Assembly: GCF_009914755.1 (NCBI RefSeq)
Contig: NC_060936.1
Reading direction: 5' to 3' (one strand)
Length of the DNA: 64,000 bases
Source of the DNA: the human T2T-CHM13v2.0 reference genome, Homo sapiens
Numbering within the stretch: position 1 is the stretch's first letter; each line of letters begins with the position of its first letter. Below are positions 1 through 11,682 of the stretch, one piece after another. The translations under genes were made by a program, and so were the position numbers. Under the pieces are notes generated by a model. The model searched no databases and was not told the origin of the DNA. It saw only the letters and a program-made list of their open reading frames with translations.

Positions 1-212
1 GATGAAGGATTGAGAAAAAAACGTTGAGGTCCCTTGTAAATCTTTTCTCCTTAGACATACTTCAGTAAAGCTTTAGAATCCATTGTAGCTTATTTCATAA
101 GGCAGACTGCCTAAAAGTGAGCAACCAGTGAGCAATCAACCTGCAGTCTTCCAAGTTCTGAGGGCATCAAGTCTAAGAGTCAAACCCAGGCAGCAAGCTG
201 AAGGGTTTTTCT

Positions 213-686
213 TGTATGTGTCTGTCTTCTGTGGCTGCTGTGACAACTAATCACAGGCTTATTTGCATACGACCACAAAATTTTATTATCTTACAAGTTC
301 TGGAAGTCAGAAATCTGAAAGTGGGTTACACCGGGCTAAAAATCAAGGCATTGGCATGACTGCAGCCACTCTGGAGGCTCTAGGGGAGAATCCACTTTTT
401 GCCATTTCCAGTTTCTTGGGTCCTCTCACTTTCCTTGGCTTGTGGACTTTTTCTTGATTTTCAAAGCCAGCAGTGTAGCATTTTTCTCATCTCTCTCAGC
501 CCTCTTTCCAGCATCACATCTCCTTCTCTGACTCTGACACTTCTGCTTCTCTCTTATCCTCTTCCTATCTCAAGGTTCTTATCTTCATCACACACACAAA
601 GGCTCTTTTGTCATGTAAGATAACACAGTCACAGGTTTCGGGGATTAGGATGTGGACATAGTTGGGGGCCATTTTCGACCCACTAT
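213..686 (-). mobile_element. MaLR solo LTR (MLT1 family)
   Basis: Antisense MLT1 motifs: gtggctgctgtgacaactaatcac, acaagttctggaagtcagaaatctgaaa, ggaggctctaggggagaatcc, cacaggtttcggggattaggatgtggacat. Confidence 0.8.
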
Positions 687-854
687 GTCTTATTTCCATT
701 GGTGAATCCTGGTGGAATACTTTGCTCTAGACAGTGCTAGGGTATATACAGATCCTCTAAGAGGTCATCTTAAAGCTTTGACTTCAGGAGTCCTGAGAAA
801 TATCTTCCTAAAACTAAAAACTCCCCCAGAGACCAATTGATTTGATTTAAATCA

Positions 855-1631
855 TGTGGCTGATTGTTTTCCGAACACAACAATATTTTCCATTCTATAT
901 GCTCTTCTACAATATGACCTTGCACCCTCCCATCCAGCGGTTGGGGTTTGTGTTCCCATCCTTTAGACCTGGGTGGGCTGTGACTGTTTCGACCAGTAGA
1001 GTCTAATAGAGTATGGCAGAAATTATATTGTGTAACTTCTAAGGTTTTGACCAGTAGAGTCTAATAGAGTATGGCAAAAGTTATATTGTGCAACTTCATA
1101 AAAAGCAATACCGCTTCTGCCCTGTCCACTAAGACACTTATGCTAGAACCTCAAAACACCATGTAAGAGTTCCAACTAACCCTGAGGCTGCCACACTAAG
1201 AGGAAGCCCAGGCCACATGGAGAGGCCATATGTAAGTGCTAAGCGATGGCATTTTTAAGTGATCCCAGCTCCTGTAAGTAAATCTGCCTTGCAGATTTCT
1301 GTAGCAGAGAATTCCAAGCAGAGGGGGCTGTAGTGCAAAGGTCACGAGGTTGGAGTGAGCTGTTCGTTTTGAACAGAGGAGTGCCATGGTCTGGTTTAGG
1401 ATTTAACAGGTCCTGGGAGCTGGGATCACCTAGAAATCCCTTCGCTTAGCACCTACATATCCCAGCCATTGAATTATGTCCAGATTAGACCTTAGACATC
1501 TTGGAGCAGAGAACACCTGTCTGCACCTTCTATCAAAACTTCTGAGTCACAGAATCTGTTACCTAATGAAATGGTTGTTTATACCATTAAGTTTTTGGAC
1601 ACTTTGTTACACAGCAAAGATAACTGGAACA
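855..1631 (+). mobile_element. MaLR solo LTR (MLT1G/H-like), with an internal tandem duplication and a complex insertion
   Basis: Starts tgtggc; internal ggaagcccaggccacatggagaggcca; ends ttgttacacagcaaagataactggaaca. Confidence 0.75.
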
Positions 1632-2649
1632 AAGTGGATCTCTTTGGAATGCAAATGTCTATCAGTATGAGAAATATAAACAATCAGAATTGCAGAGTAT
1701 ATATTCACTTGTTTATTTATTCACTTACTCTCTTACATCCCCGTTTATGAACACACGCATGCTCTCCTAATTTATTCACGTACTTATCCAAAAGCATGAT
1801 AAATTCTCACTATGAACAGAGATACCCTCTGAGACTTCACTTGGCAATGGGGATTCATTCATTCATTTCATAGATATTTATTGCCTGGGAAGTGTTCCTC
1901 AGAGATGTATCAAAATAGGAACAGACTTTCTTTCCTGCTTTGGTTGGAAAAATCCCAGGGAAGGCACCTCATTGGCTCTGTTGGATGGTGTGTCCAATGC
2001 TGTACCCATCACCCAGCCCAAGAGGGTGGGGAGCTAGCATGGACAGCCTCTATTCAAACCATATGTTTAGAGAGGAGGCAGGAGCAATTTATCAAAGGAT
2101 CACCAGTCCCTGAAGAAGTGAGGGCGCTGCCAGGTCAAACAACGGCTGTCCCCTACGAAAGACCTGCCTTGCCTGTTCTCCATTGACATCATGCACCACC
2201 TTCGGCAGCTACTAGTGTTTATCCATCTGCTTTGGCTTTAACTACCAAACTCTAGAGGCATTTCTAATACTCGAAGCAGCAACTCGGATTTTTAAAAGCT
2301 GCTGCTTGTATCATTTACCGTAAGATCAGCCAGGCTGTAAAACAGCATCCGAGGCTTCCCAGAGGATGAGGGAGGACCAGAGGTAAAGAAACTCTTATTT
2401 CCCTAGGCAAGTCAAAATGTCAACCCTCTGATGACCCAACTCTCTGGTGCACCTCTGCTCTGCAGATTACATGAAAAGAGACCTATTCTATATCTCAGTC
2501 CAATGACATCATGGGAAATACCAGGAATTTTTTGGCTGCACACAAAATTCCTGTGAGATTCTTGGAAAATCTTACACAAAACTGTGAGTAACAGGGACTT
2601 AGTAACCTCAAGGCATCTTAATCAACACCAGGCGATAAAAGGAGAATAT

Positions 2650-2870
2650 ATTTTGAAACCAGGCAGATCTATATTTGAATCTCCTTGTTCTGCTATTTAT
2701 CAGCTATGTGAACTTGGGCAAGTTACTTTTCTCTAAGGCTCACTCTTTCCATCTTTAAAATGGGCATTATGATGCTCACTTCAACAGTTTCCAAGGGCTG
2801 ATATGAAAGAATTAAATCAGTTAATGGACGGAAATGTGTGTCACAAGGTCTTGCACGCATCTCGGTTATT
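2650..2870 (+). mobile_element. MIR SINE
   Basis: cagctatgtgaacttgggcaagttact...catctttaaaatggg core. Confidence 0.7.
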
Positions 2871-3009
2871 ATGATTGTGTTGTTGCTATCACTTTTGCTA
2901 AGTCATAAAGCTGCACGTCTTTTCTGACATGGGATTCAGGGGTATCCCAGGAACAGAAAAGAAGGCTGTATGATGCGAGAAAAATCAAAGAACAAAATGA
3001 TATATTGTA

Positions 3010-3149
3010 TATCTAAATATGGAAGTAAAAACAATAAAGCTTCTAGAAAACACTATAGGAGAGTTTTTTTTTTTTAATTTTTATTCAGGCAGGGAATGAT
3101 TTCTTAAACAAAAACAAAAGACACTCCCCAAAAATCAAATTTAAAGGAA

Positions 3150-3198
<49 letters not shown>

Positions 3199-4165
3199 AA
3201 ATACGAATTTCTGTTCACAAAGACACACTATTAAAACAGTGAAAAGTCAAGTAACAGAAAAGAAAAAGATACTTGCAACACTTATCACCTAGTAAAGGCT
3301 CATTTTCAGAATATGTAAACAGCTTCAGAAATCAGTAAGAAAAAGAGAGATAACCCAATTTTAAAAAAATGGGCAGAAGATTCAAACAGGCATTTCATAA
3401 AAGATCTCCAAAAGTATGGCAAACATATAAACTATTGGTCAGCCTCAATAATAATCATAGTAATGCTAGTTACAGCCTCAATGAGATACTACTACCCAAT
3501 TACCAGAACTACTATAAATTCAAAATACAGACAATACCAAGTGCTGCCAAGTATGTGGAACAACCTGAACTCTTACACATTGATGGTAAGAATATAATTT
3601 GGTACAAACACTTTTGAAAACATTTTGACATACATAAAAATATACATGCATGCTTTAACTGAGCAATTCCATTCCTAGGTACGTACCTAACAGAAATGAG
3701 TGTACCAAGAGAGGGAAAAGAATATTCATAATGATACTATTCACATTAACCCGCAAATAAATCAAATACCCCTCAACAGAAGAATCAATCAATAATCATA
3801 TCATCATACAACAAAATGACATTCAATGATAAACAAACAAAAGCTTCAGACACAACAGAAAGGAAGCTCACATACACAGTGTTCGGGAAAATAAATCAAC
3901 CACAAAAGAATGCATTTTATTTATATTAAGTGAAAAAGCAGACAAAACTGTTGTTAAAAATCCAGAAAGAGGCCACTTTTGGGGAAAGGTATGGATGAAG
4001 GATAACAATTTAGAGAGGGCAGGAGCGAGACTTCTAAGGAGCTAATAACATCTTAGGTCTTGATCTGGGCAAACGTTTGCAATTTCATTGAGCCATTCAT
4101 TTAAGTTTCCTGTTGTGTTTTTTCTGTAGGTACAGTATAATTCATAAGACAGTTTAAAAAAAAAA
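3010..4165 (+). mobile_element. Old L1 (L1M) fragment, ORF2 C-terminus to 3' UTR
   Basis: A-rich; aaaaatgggcagaagattcaaacaggcatttc, gcaattccattcctaggt; ORF 3369-3617 is a decayed match to the L1 ORF2 C-terminal region. Confidence 0.8.
3155..3193. repeat. (TG)n microsatellite
   Basis: Uninterrupted TG run inside the L1 fragment. Confidence 0.95.
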
Positions 4166-5084
4166 AATCAGAAGGCCTGCCTTGTACCCGCCTTGTACCA
4201 CCCACTTCAATGGGCCACACCCTCCCTGTAGCCAAAGCCCCAAGCGCTGTTTACCTTAGGATTGGAAGGATATGTACTCGAGCCTCCATCACCAGACCTC
4301 CCTCCTTGGGCTCAGCAAGTCTGCTACATCCGGTTGGCCTCAGGCCAGCTTCCTCCACTCCTGGGGTCTTTTGTGCTCCTCAGGTGGAGGTGATCTCCCA
4401 GCATGCTCTGCACGGCTCAGTCGGAGGCCGGGGGGCCTGGGTTTTGTTTCCTCAGTGTCACCCGTCCCTGTGGGCTTCTTCAAATGAATCCCTGGAGGAC
4501 AGAGAAATGAGAGAGTATTAAAAATGTCAGAGACAGATCCTGAGATACACAGCTGGGTAAATAGAGCTGGTGGAGATGTTGTTATTAGTGGCTTTCTGGT
4601 CATGCTCACTTAAGTTATGGATGTAAGGTGGGGGTGGAGGAGAAGAGGCATGAGGGTCTTCTACCCATTTCCAGACCTGCTCAGTCCCAATCATCCAGCA
4701 CCCTCAGATGTGGGGGCACTCTCTCAGTTCTGAGGGGACTCACCATGTTAGGAAATTGTATACCTGTTCATTATGCCTCTGCAGAGAATTTTCCCTCCTG
4801 GTGACAGAAACATAGAGGGCCTTTTCTCTTGGATTTCTCTAGGAAGCCTCACCCCACCTGGGGAAGAACTGATGCCACATCGTTTCTCTGGCAAAACCTG
4901 GTCAGTTTCATATGAGAAGTAGGAAAGGGGGTGGTATTTTTGAGAAGTAGAGGATGGAAACTTCTCTGATCTATTGTCTCATGGTCAATGTTCTACCAAG
5001 TCACCAGAAATGAAAGCCATCCCTACCACTGTAATGCCCAAAGCAATCATTTTGTGAATACTCATTATGTGCCTCAGAGACCAG

Positions 5085-5285
5085 AGTTGAAATTCAGGCT
5101 TACCAACTTGTTGCTACTTGCCCTTGGGAAAATTATTTAGGCTTCTGTTTCCACATCTCTAAAATATAAATAAAATAGTACCCACTTCATAATGCTATGG
5201 TGAGGGATAAATGAACACATCCCTGGAAAGCAGTTGGCACAGTACCAGGCACACAGTAAGCCCTCAATAAATGTTAGTTACTATC
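5085..5285 (+). mobile_element. MIR SINE
   Basis: ttctgtttccacatctctaaaat...ggcacacagtaagccctcaataaatgttag. Confidence 0.75.
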
Positions 5286-5371
5286 AATGGTAGAACACCT
5301 CTTCCCAGAAAGCATAATATCTGTGTTGTACCAAAAGACAGGAGTGATATGAATAGTATAGTGTGGTCTTA

Positions 5372-6222
5372 TTTTTATTACTGCATAATAATCTACTCCC
5401 AAATGTAGTAGTGTCTGGGCTCAGTGGTTCACACCTGTAATCTCCAGCAGTTTCTGAGGGGAAGGTGGAAGGATTGCTTGAGCCCAGGCATTTGAGATCA
5501 GCCTGGGCAATAAGTGGACTCCATCTCTAAAAAATTTCTTTTAAAAATAGTCAGGTGTGGTACCGGCTACTCTGGAGGCTGAGGTAGGGATTATCGCTTT
5601 AGCCTGGGAAGTCAAGGCTACAGTGAGCTGTGATCGCACCACTGCATTCCAGCCTGGGTGACACAGAGTGAGACCCTGTCAAAAAAAAAAAAAACAATGT
5701 AGTAGCATAAAACAATGGTCATCTCATGTATTCTGTGAGTCAAAAATTTGGACAAGGCACAGAGGAACTGGGTGAGCTCTACTCCACTATGTCTAGAGTC
5801 AAGCGGGAAAACTTTAAAACAGCTGGGACTAGAAAACCTACTTTCAAGTGTCTGGTGCCTTGACAGGGATGGCTGGAAGGCTGGATGCAGGAGGGATTGT
5901 CAGCTGACATAGCTCCCAGTAGCCTACCCACTGTGGCAGCCTAGGGGTAGTTAGATGTCTCACCTGGTGGCTCAGTGGTGCCCCAGCAAGTAAGGCACAA
6001 GTGGCATTGCCTTTTATGACCTAACCCTGGAAGGTTGCATTGCCTTTTACGACCTAACCCTGGAAGTCACATAGTATCACTTCTGCCATACTTCATTGAT
6101 GAAAGCAATCAAAAGCCCACCTAGATTCAATCGGAAGGGTCATAGACTCTATTTTCTATTTTCCCATGAGAAGAGTGTCAAAAGATTTATGACTTTTTTT
6201 TTTTTTTTTGTAAATGACCACA
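5372..6222 (-). mobile_element. MaLR solo LTR (MLT1), interrupted by an Alu
   Basis: ttactgcataataatctactcccaaa; ggaagtcacatagtatcacttctgcca; aagcccacctagattcaa; ends tgaccaca. Confidence 0.75.
5412..5694 (+). mobile_element. Alu (AluJ-like)
   Basis: Dimeric Alu with poly(A) 5681-5694; TSD aatgtagtag at 5402-5411 and 5696-5705; short deletion in right arm. Confidence 0.92.
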
Positions 6223-6479
6223 GGATTTACTCTGTGCCAGGTCCTGAGCTATATTCTTACTATATGTGATTGCATGTGTTCTTCACAAGGAGCTAATGAA
6301 GTCAGAATTATTACTTTCATTTTCTAACATGTACATAAGGAAACTGAGGTGCCAAGTGGTTTCTTGCCCAAAGTCAAACAGCTAGTTATTTGACCCCCCA
6401 TGTGTTGGTACCATGTTGTCTGACTTCAGAGTCAATGTTCTCATTAGCCCTATAGTATTGAATCCCTCCCAAAATAAAC

Positions 6480-6573
6480 AGATAGATAGATAAAAGAAGA
6501 CAGTTAGCTAGACAGACAGAGAGATAGATATAGATATATAGGTAGATGATACATTATAGGTATGTAGATAGAT

Positions 6574-6619
<46 letters not shown>

Positions 6620-6634
6620 CAGACAGACATAGAT
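6480..6634. repeat. (GATA)11(GACA)3 compound STR with degenerate flank
   Basis: Perfect GATA run 6574-6617 followed by GACA x3. Confidence 0.95.
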
Positions 6635-7183
6635 GCCAAGCCTAAGTTAAGTTGAAACCCAAATTCTTAAGGTATTGCAGGATCTTTGCAAATCTGAATC
6701 TATACCAGCTCTCTGAGCAAGGAGAATTCTTAGGAAACTAAAATAACACAAATATACCTGAGAACACTGACAAAGGCCTCCTAGGTGGTGTCTACAAGAT
6801 GCTGAACATCTGGTTACTTCCAAATATTTGGATGATGGACTAGCAGATTTCATCCAACTTTCCTTGCATTTGTTTGATAAACACAGCTGGCTTGAAAATT
6901 AGTCGTGGAATCTTAATAGTGGTAGAATCCTTAGATATTTTCTCATCTAAACCCCTCTTTATACAAATGCAAGTAAATGTACACTCATAGAGAGGAAGGG
7001 TTCCGAGAAAGTTACCTACCAAGTGGCTTTGACATCCTTATTTCAACATGACTTGAATAAAATCTATTCTGATTTAAATAAGATATATCTCAGGATCCAA
7101 AAGTCTACTTCCTGGGAAAATCTTACACAGATCTGTATGGTGGTAGTGGTGGAAAGGAGCTGGAAACAACGTAGGTATCCACC

Positions 7184-7731
7184 TGTGATGGCTAATATGA
7201 TGTGTCAACTTCATTAGATTGAAGGATGCAAAGTATTGTTCCTGAGTGTGTCAGTGAGAGTGTTGCCAAAGGAGATTAACATTTAACTCAGTGCACTGGG
7301 AGAGGCAGACCCACCCTCAATCTGGGTGGGCACCATCTAATCAGCTGCCAAAGAGGCCAGAATAAAAGCAGGCAGAGGAAGATGGAAGAACTAGACTTGC
7401 TGTGTCTTCTGGCCTCCATCTTTCTCCCATGCTGGATGCTTCCTGCCCTTGAACATCGGACTCCAAGTTCCTCAGCTTTTGGACCCTTGAACTTAAACCA
7501 GTGGTTTGCCAGGGGCTCTCAGGCCTTCAGCCACAGACTGAAGCTGCACTGTCGGCTTCTCTACTTTTGGGGTTTTGGGACTCAGACTGGCTTCCTTCTC
7601 CTCAGCTTGCAGATGGCCTATTATGGGACTTCACCTTGTGATCGTGTGAGTCAATACTCCTTAATAAACTCCCCTTTTTATATACATCTATCCTATTAGT
7701 CCTGTCCCTTTAGAGAACCCTGACTAATACA
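7184..7731 (+). mobile_element. ERVL solo LTR (MLT2A/B)
   Basis: TG...CA ends (tgtgatggctaata ... gactaataca); gacccaccctcaatctgggtgggcaccatctaatcagctgcc; 5-bp TSD ccacc/ccagc; inserted into an old L1 fragment. Confidence 0.92.
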
Positions 7732-7734
7732 CCA

Positions 7735-8100
7735 GCTCTATAGGAATGATGCAGAAGCTGTAAAGAATGTGTAGCATGAAACTCTATGCATTAGTTGGAA
7801 ATAAATACACACACACATGCACAAAAGATAAACACATATATTTTAATATATGCATTCAGCAACAAGGAGAGGTCTTAAAAACATGATGTTGAATAAAAAA
7901 ATTCAAGTGGAAAGTAAGGTGTATAGCTCGATAACTTTTATGTAAATCAAGCACATGCACAAAACCATACTGTATGTTTTAGAAGGAAAAGTACTTAAGG
8001 GCATATTTCAGACATGTAAAGGAGAATGCATTCAGATGCTTTCAGTGAGTGAAGGAGAGAGATGGGAGTGGGACTGGGATGAAAGAGGGAACTACAACAG
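7735..8100 (+). mobile_element. Old L1 3' fragment (continuation of ~7080-7183)
   Basis: ggtcttaaaaacatgatgttgaataaaaaa type L1ME 3' motifs. Confidence 0.55.
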
Positions 8101-8869
8101 ATACAATGCAATGCAATACCATATAAAACAACAGAACACAACGTAATAAAATGAGGTAAGGGCGGTACTTTGCATGTTAAGATGATAAGATGATAACATG
8201 TTATCAAATGAGAAGCACCTCTACTCTGCAGATTAGATTAAAAAAATCTATCCTATATCTCAGTCCAATGACATCGTGGGAAATAGCAGGAATTTTTTGG
8301 CTGCACACAACACTCCTGCTTTTGGTCAAAAGTTCATTGAATGAAGCTGAAGAGTGAAAGAAGCATGTCCTTTAAAAATCTTGTTTTCATCAGCGATAAT
8401 GGGCTTAAGCCACATGTGAAATATGGCGCAGGTTTCACCTTTCAGGGCCTCCAGGAACCCGGTTTCCCTTTGCCTGTCTCCAGGATTTACATCTCAGCGG
8501 GTGATCACACTGTGGTCAGCTAGGGAGATCACTTTTCGGAAATGACAAATGAATTTCCATCTTCCGAAAGGAAAGGCCTTTTTTCCAGCCATCAGACATG
8601 CTTTCTGGTCGGTGCCATCCACCACCAATATCACAGAGAAAAATAAGTCATTTTCATTTTTAGCACTGTTTATGCTTTGTAAAATCTCTCACAATTATCA
8701 CATAAATTGTAGGTGGATTAGCAATTATTGTCCCTGCAGAAAGCGAGTTAAAAAATAAAGGCACATCCAGTGATGTGCCCAAAGTCATACATGTGTCTTT
8801 CAAATCCCATCTGAGAGCTCTCTGATGTATTATTTCTCATGTAATATCTGTACTTCTACTATTACTATG

Positions 8870-9100
8870 AATAATAATTTCAATGATTGATTTATGCCTA
8901 TGTGTCAAATACTTTACATGAAAGGTGTCATTGAACCCTCCTATGTTTGACATGCTATTCTATGCATTTGACAGACAAGAAAACTGCCGTATGGAGGTCA
9001 AGTAACTTGCCCAGGATAACAGCTAATACGTGGCAAGGCTGGTATTCAAACTGTGCTGTTCACTTCCAAAGCCTTGCCCTCTAACCACTGTACTTTGCTA
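8870..9100 (-). mobile_element. MIR SINE
   Basis: acagacaagaaaactg...aagtaacttgcccaggataacagcta. Confidence 0.7.
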
Positions 9101-9289
9101 CCTAGATCGATAAATCCAATTATTTGTGTAATTTCTTACAGATATAAGCATCTTGTTAATTTATTCATGCATTCATTAAGTATTTATTTATTACCTGTTA
9201 TGTGCCAGACACTGCGCTAGTCTCTCTAGTGAGGGATAGATGCATGGGTGACAGGAGGAATAGTCAAAGATCCAAATTCTAGAGTCAAC

Positions 9290-9860
9290 ATTATTTAAGC
9301 CTGGGTTCCCCAGAAAACAGGCTGAAACAGAGATATATGTGTTTTTACTTTGTTAGCAGATGTGATCCCAGGGAACAAATGAGAGCTGGAGGAGCAGAGT
9401 TGCGGGGGAGGGGTTGCAGGGGGAAGAGAGCTAATACAAGAATGTGTTGTTATTGAGTATGCCACCATGAAAGGACAGAACTATCCAAGAAGCCACTGGG
9501 AATGTGCCTCAGCTCGTCTGCCTTGGGAGAAGGAAAAGCAAGTTTTCATCTCCTGCTCACATCCCTTATTCATCAAAGGCTCATCCAAACAGGCGTTAAA
9601 TTCCCGCCATTTCCAGGTTACACACAGGTGGGTGAAGACTTGGTTCTCTGCTGAGTTCCAGACTGTGACAACAAAAGCAAAAACCTGGGGCCAGGAGCAA
9701 GAGGTATACAGAGTGAACCTGAGGTGGAACTCTGTGCATTGCCCCTGTGTGAAATCTGGTCAGACCCTGCATAGAACCAGACACCAAACAGCAGCTGGAA
9801 TCAAAGACAGCCAAGGCAAGGGGATGGGCAGAGTGCATCAGAGGTCTCTGAATCAACCAC
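9290..9860 (-). mobile_element. Old ERVL-type LTR (LTR40/41-like)
   Basis: ctgggttccccagaaaacaggctgaaacag...gtgatcccagggaac motif typical of antisense old ERVL LTRs. Confidence 0.5.
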
Positions 9861-11474
9861 TTACCAGCTGAGTTCAAGAGCCAAATATTAAATAATAATT
9901 TTTATTATAGAAATAACTATATTCGTATGAGCATGGTACTTGCCACAAAGGACAAATAGATTGCAGACTCTATATGTGTACACATTATACAAAATGTTTT
10001 AATACATCTAGGCAACCTCACCAATCCTCACCGGGATCACATGAACCAAGTACGGAGATGAGTATGTTTCCATAGACAGATGAGGAGCAGAGCTGAGTGG
10101 TGACGTTGGTTGCTAGGGTTACCCAGATGAGTATGATGGATGAGCTGGGATTCAAACTCAGATCTCCAACTCCAGGGTTCTTTCCCTGGTATCTGAAAGT
10201 TTAGAATTCTTGTCCTATCCTATTTCAGGAAAAGACAGCTGGGTGAGAGGGAAGAACAGCTGCCATTAGCTTCATAAGAGATGAGTTTCTTGCCCCCCAC
10301 TGCTACAGAAGGAAGGGAATGAATTCTTTGGTTCTAACTGGAAATAAAGAAAACTTAGCTAAAACATTGTGAGACAAAGAAAGAATATTTTTTCAATTTC
10401 ATTCAGAAAGGGATTTAACCCATTCGGATATTCGTGACCAATTACTGTACGTGTGACTCTAAGTGAGTTACTTTTCTTCATGCCTCAGTTTTCTTACCTG
10501 TAAAATGGAAATGATAATAGCACCTAACTCAAAGGATTGCTGGAAGGATTTTTAAACAATCAGAACTGAACACAGCAGGTGATCCAGGAAATTAGCTCTT
10601 ATTAGCATCATCTGTAGACTACTTTACCACCTGTGACTAGACTATTATTTATGCAGGTTATCTAAACAGTTTACATTATCCTATTTTCCTTCTCAAATAC
10701 CTTTAGTAGTTGCATTCAAGGGCCTACAAAATAGGATCTTGTCTCCCTCTTCATTCTTTTTCAAAACCTGTGTGCTGTTCCCCAAGCACACACTGCAGTT
10801 TCCTGCTTTCAGAATTCTACCCATACCCTGCCTTCCATATGGAATACTCTCTTATCCCCATTCATCCAACCACTCATTCAGTACTACTCAAAGCCATCTA
10901 GGAGACAAGCCCACGGCTTAGCCTTGGGGATATAACAGTTAGCAAGATAGGTATCTGCCCTAAGGCACTTTTGCCTTTTCTCTTAAGGCAGGTGAAAATT
11001 GTTTCTCTTCAGAGCCAACTCCAGTTCATTGTAGCTGGTTGGGCTGCCCTTAGCACTGTATTGAGGTGGATACACCACCTTCAGGCTCAGCTGTAAAGTG
11101 AGCTGTGGTGGTTTATGGATGTCTACCACGGGCGAAAGATATGGAGTAGGAACATCCCATTTGCCATTTCTGGTCAAGGGGAAATTTAACATCTTTTAGG
11201 GACTTTCTAAAATTCTACCTCTTCTATCGAAATGGACCACATTCATCTATTCCCACCCCCAACCAGTTATGCATTGACTCTCCATCTAGGCACTAGTAAC
11301 TCGCCCCTATAAAAGCACCCATTTTAGCTTTATACACTTGACAGTGAGACCTTTGAAGACAGAGACCATTATTACTCATCCTTAATTCCCTGCCACCTAG
11401 CACAGTGCCTTAAATATGGTTAAGAATTATCTTCAGGACAGAAAAGTGAGGTTTCCTGGTTTTCTTTATGTTGT

Positions 11475-11682
11475 TATTGTTGGTAGTGGTGGTGATGGTG
11501 ATGACGGTGGTGTTGGCAAAGATATGAAGGCCATTATTATTAACAAGGTCAATAGTGGTTGTGTTGATGGGTTAATGCTGGTGGTGGTGGTGATGGTCTT
11601 GCTCTTTGTGGTGGTGATGGACGTGGTGATAAAAATGGTGGTGGTAAAGGTAATGATGAAAGTAGTGTTTTGATAATGGTGG
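11475..11682. repeat. Degenerate (GGT/GAT)n trinucleotide low-complexity tract
   Basis: ggtggtgatggtgatg-type units; source of the V-rich and T-rich ORFs. Confidence 0.85.

Noticed and set aside
7108-7136. ggaaaatcttacaca shared with 2564-2578, next to the 105-bp duplicated unit
   Set aside because: Only a 15-bp core, lying in L1-like sequence; cannot be separated from chance, though worth a glance on a dot-plot.
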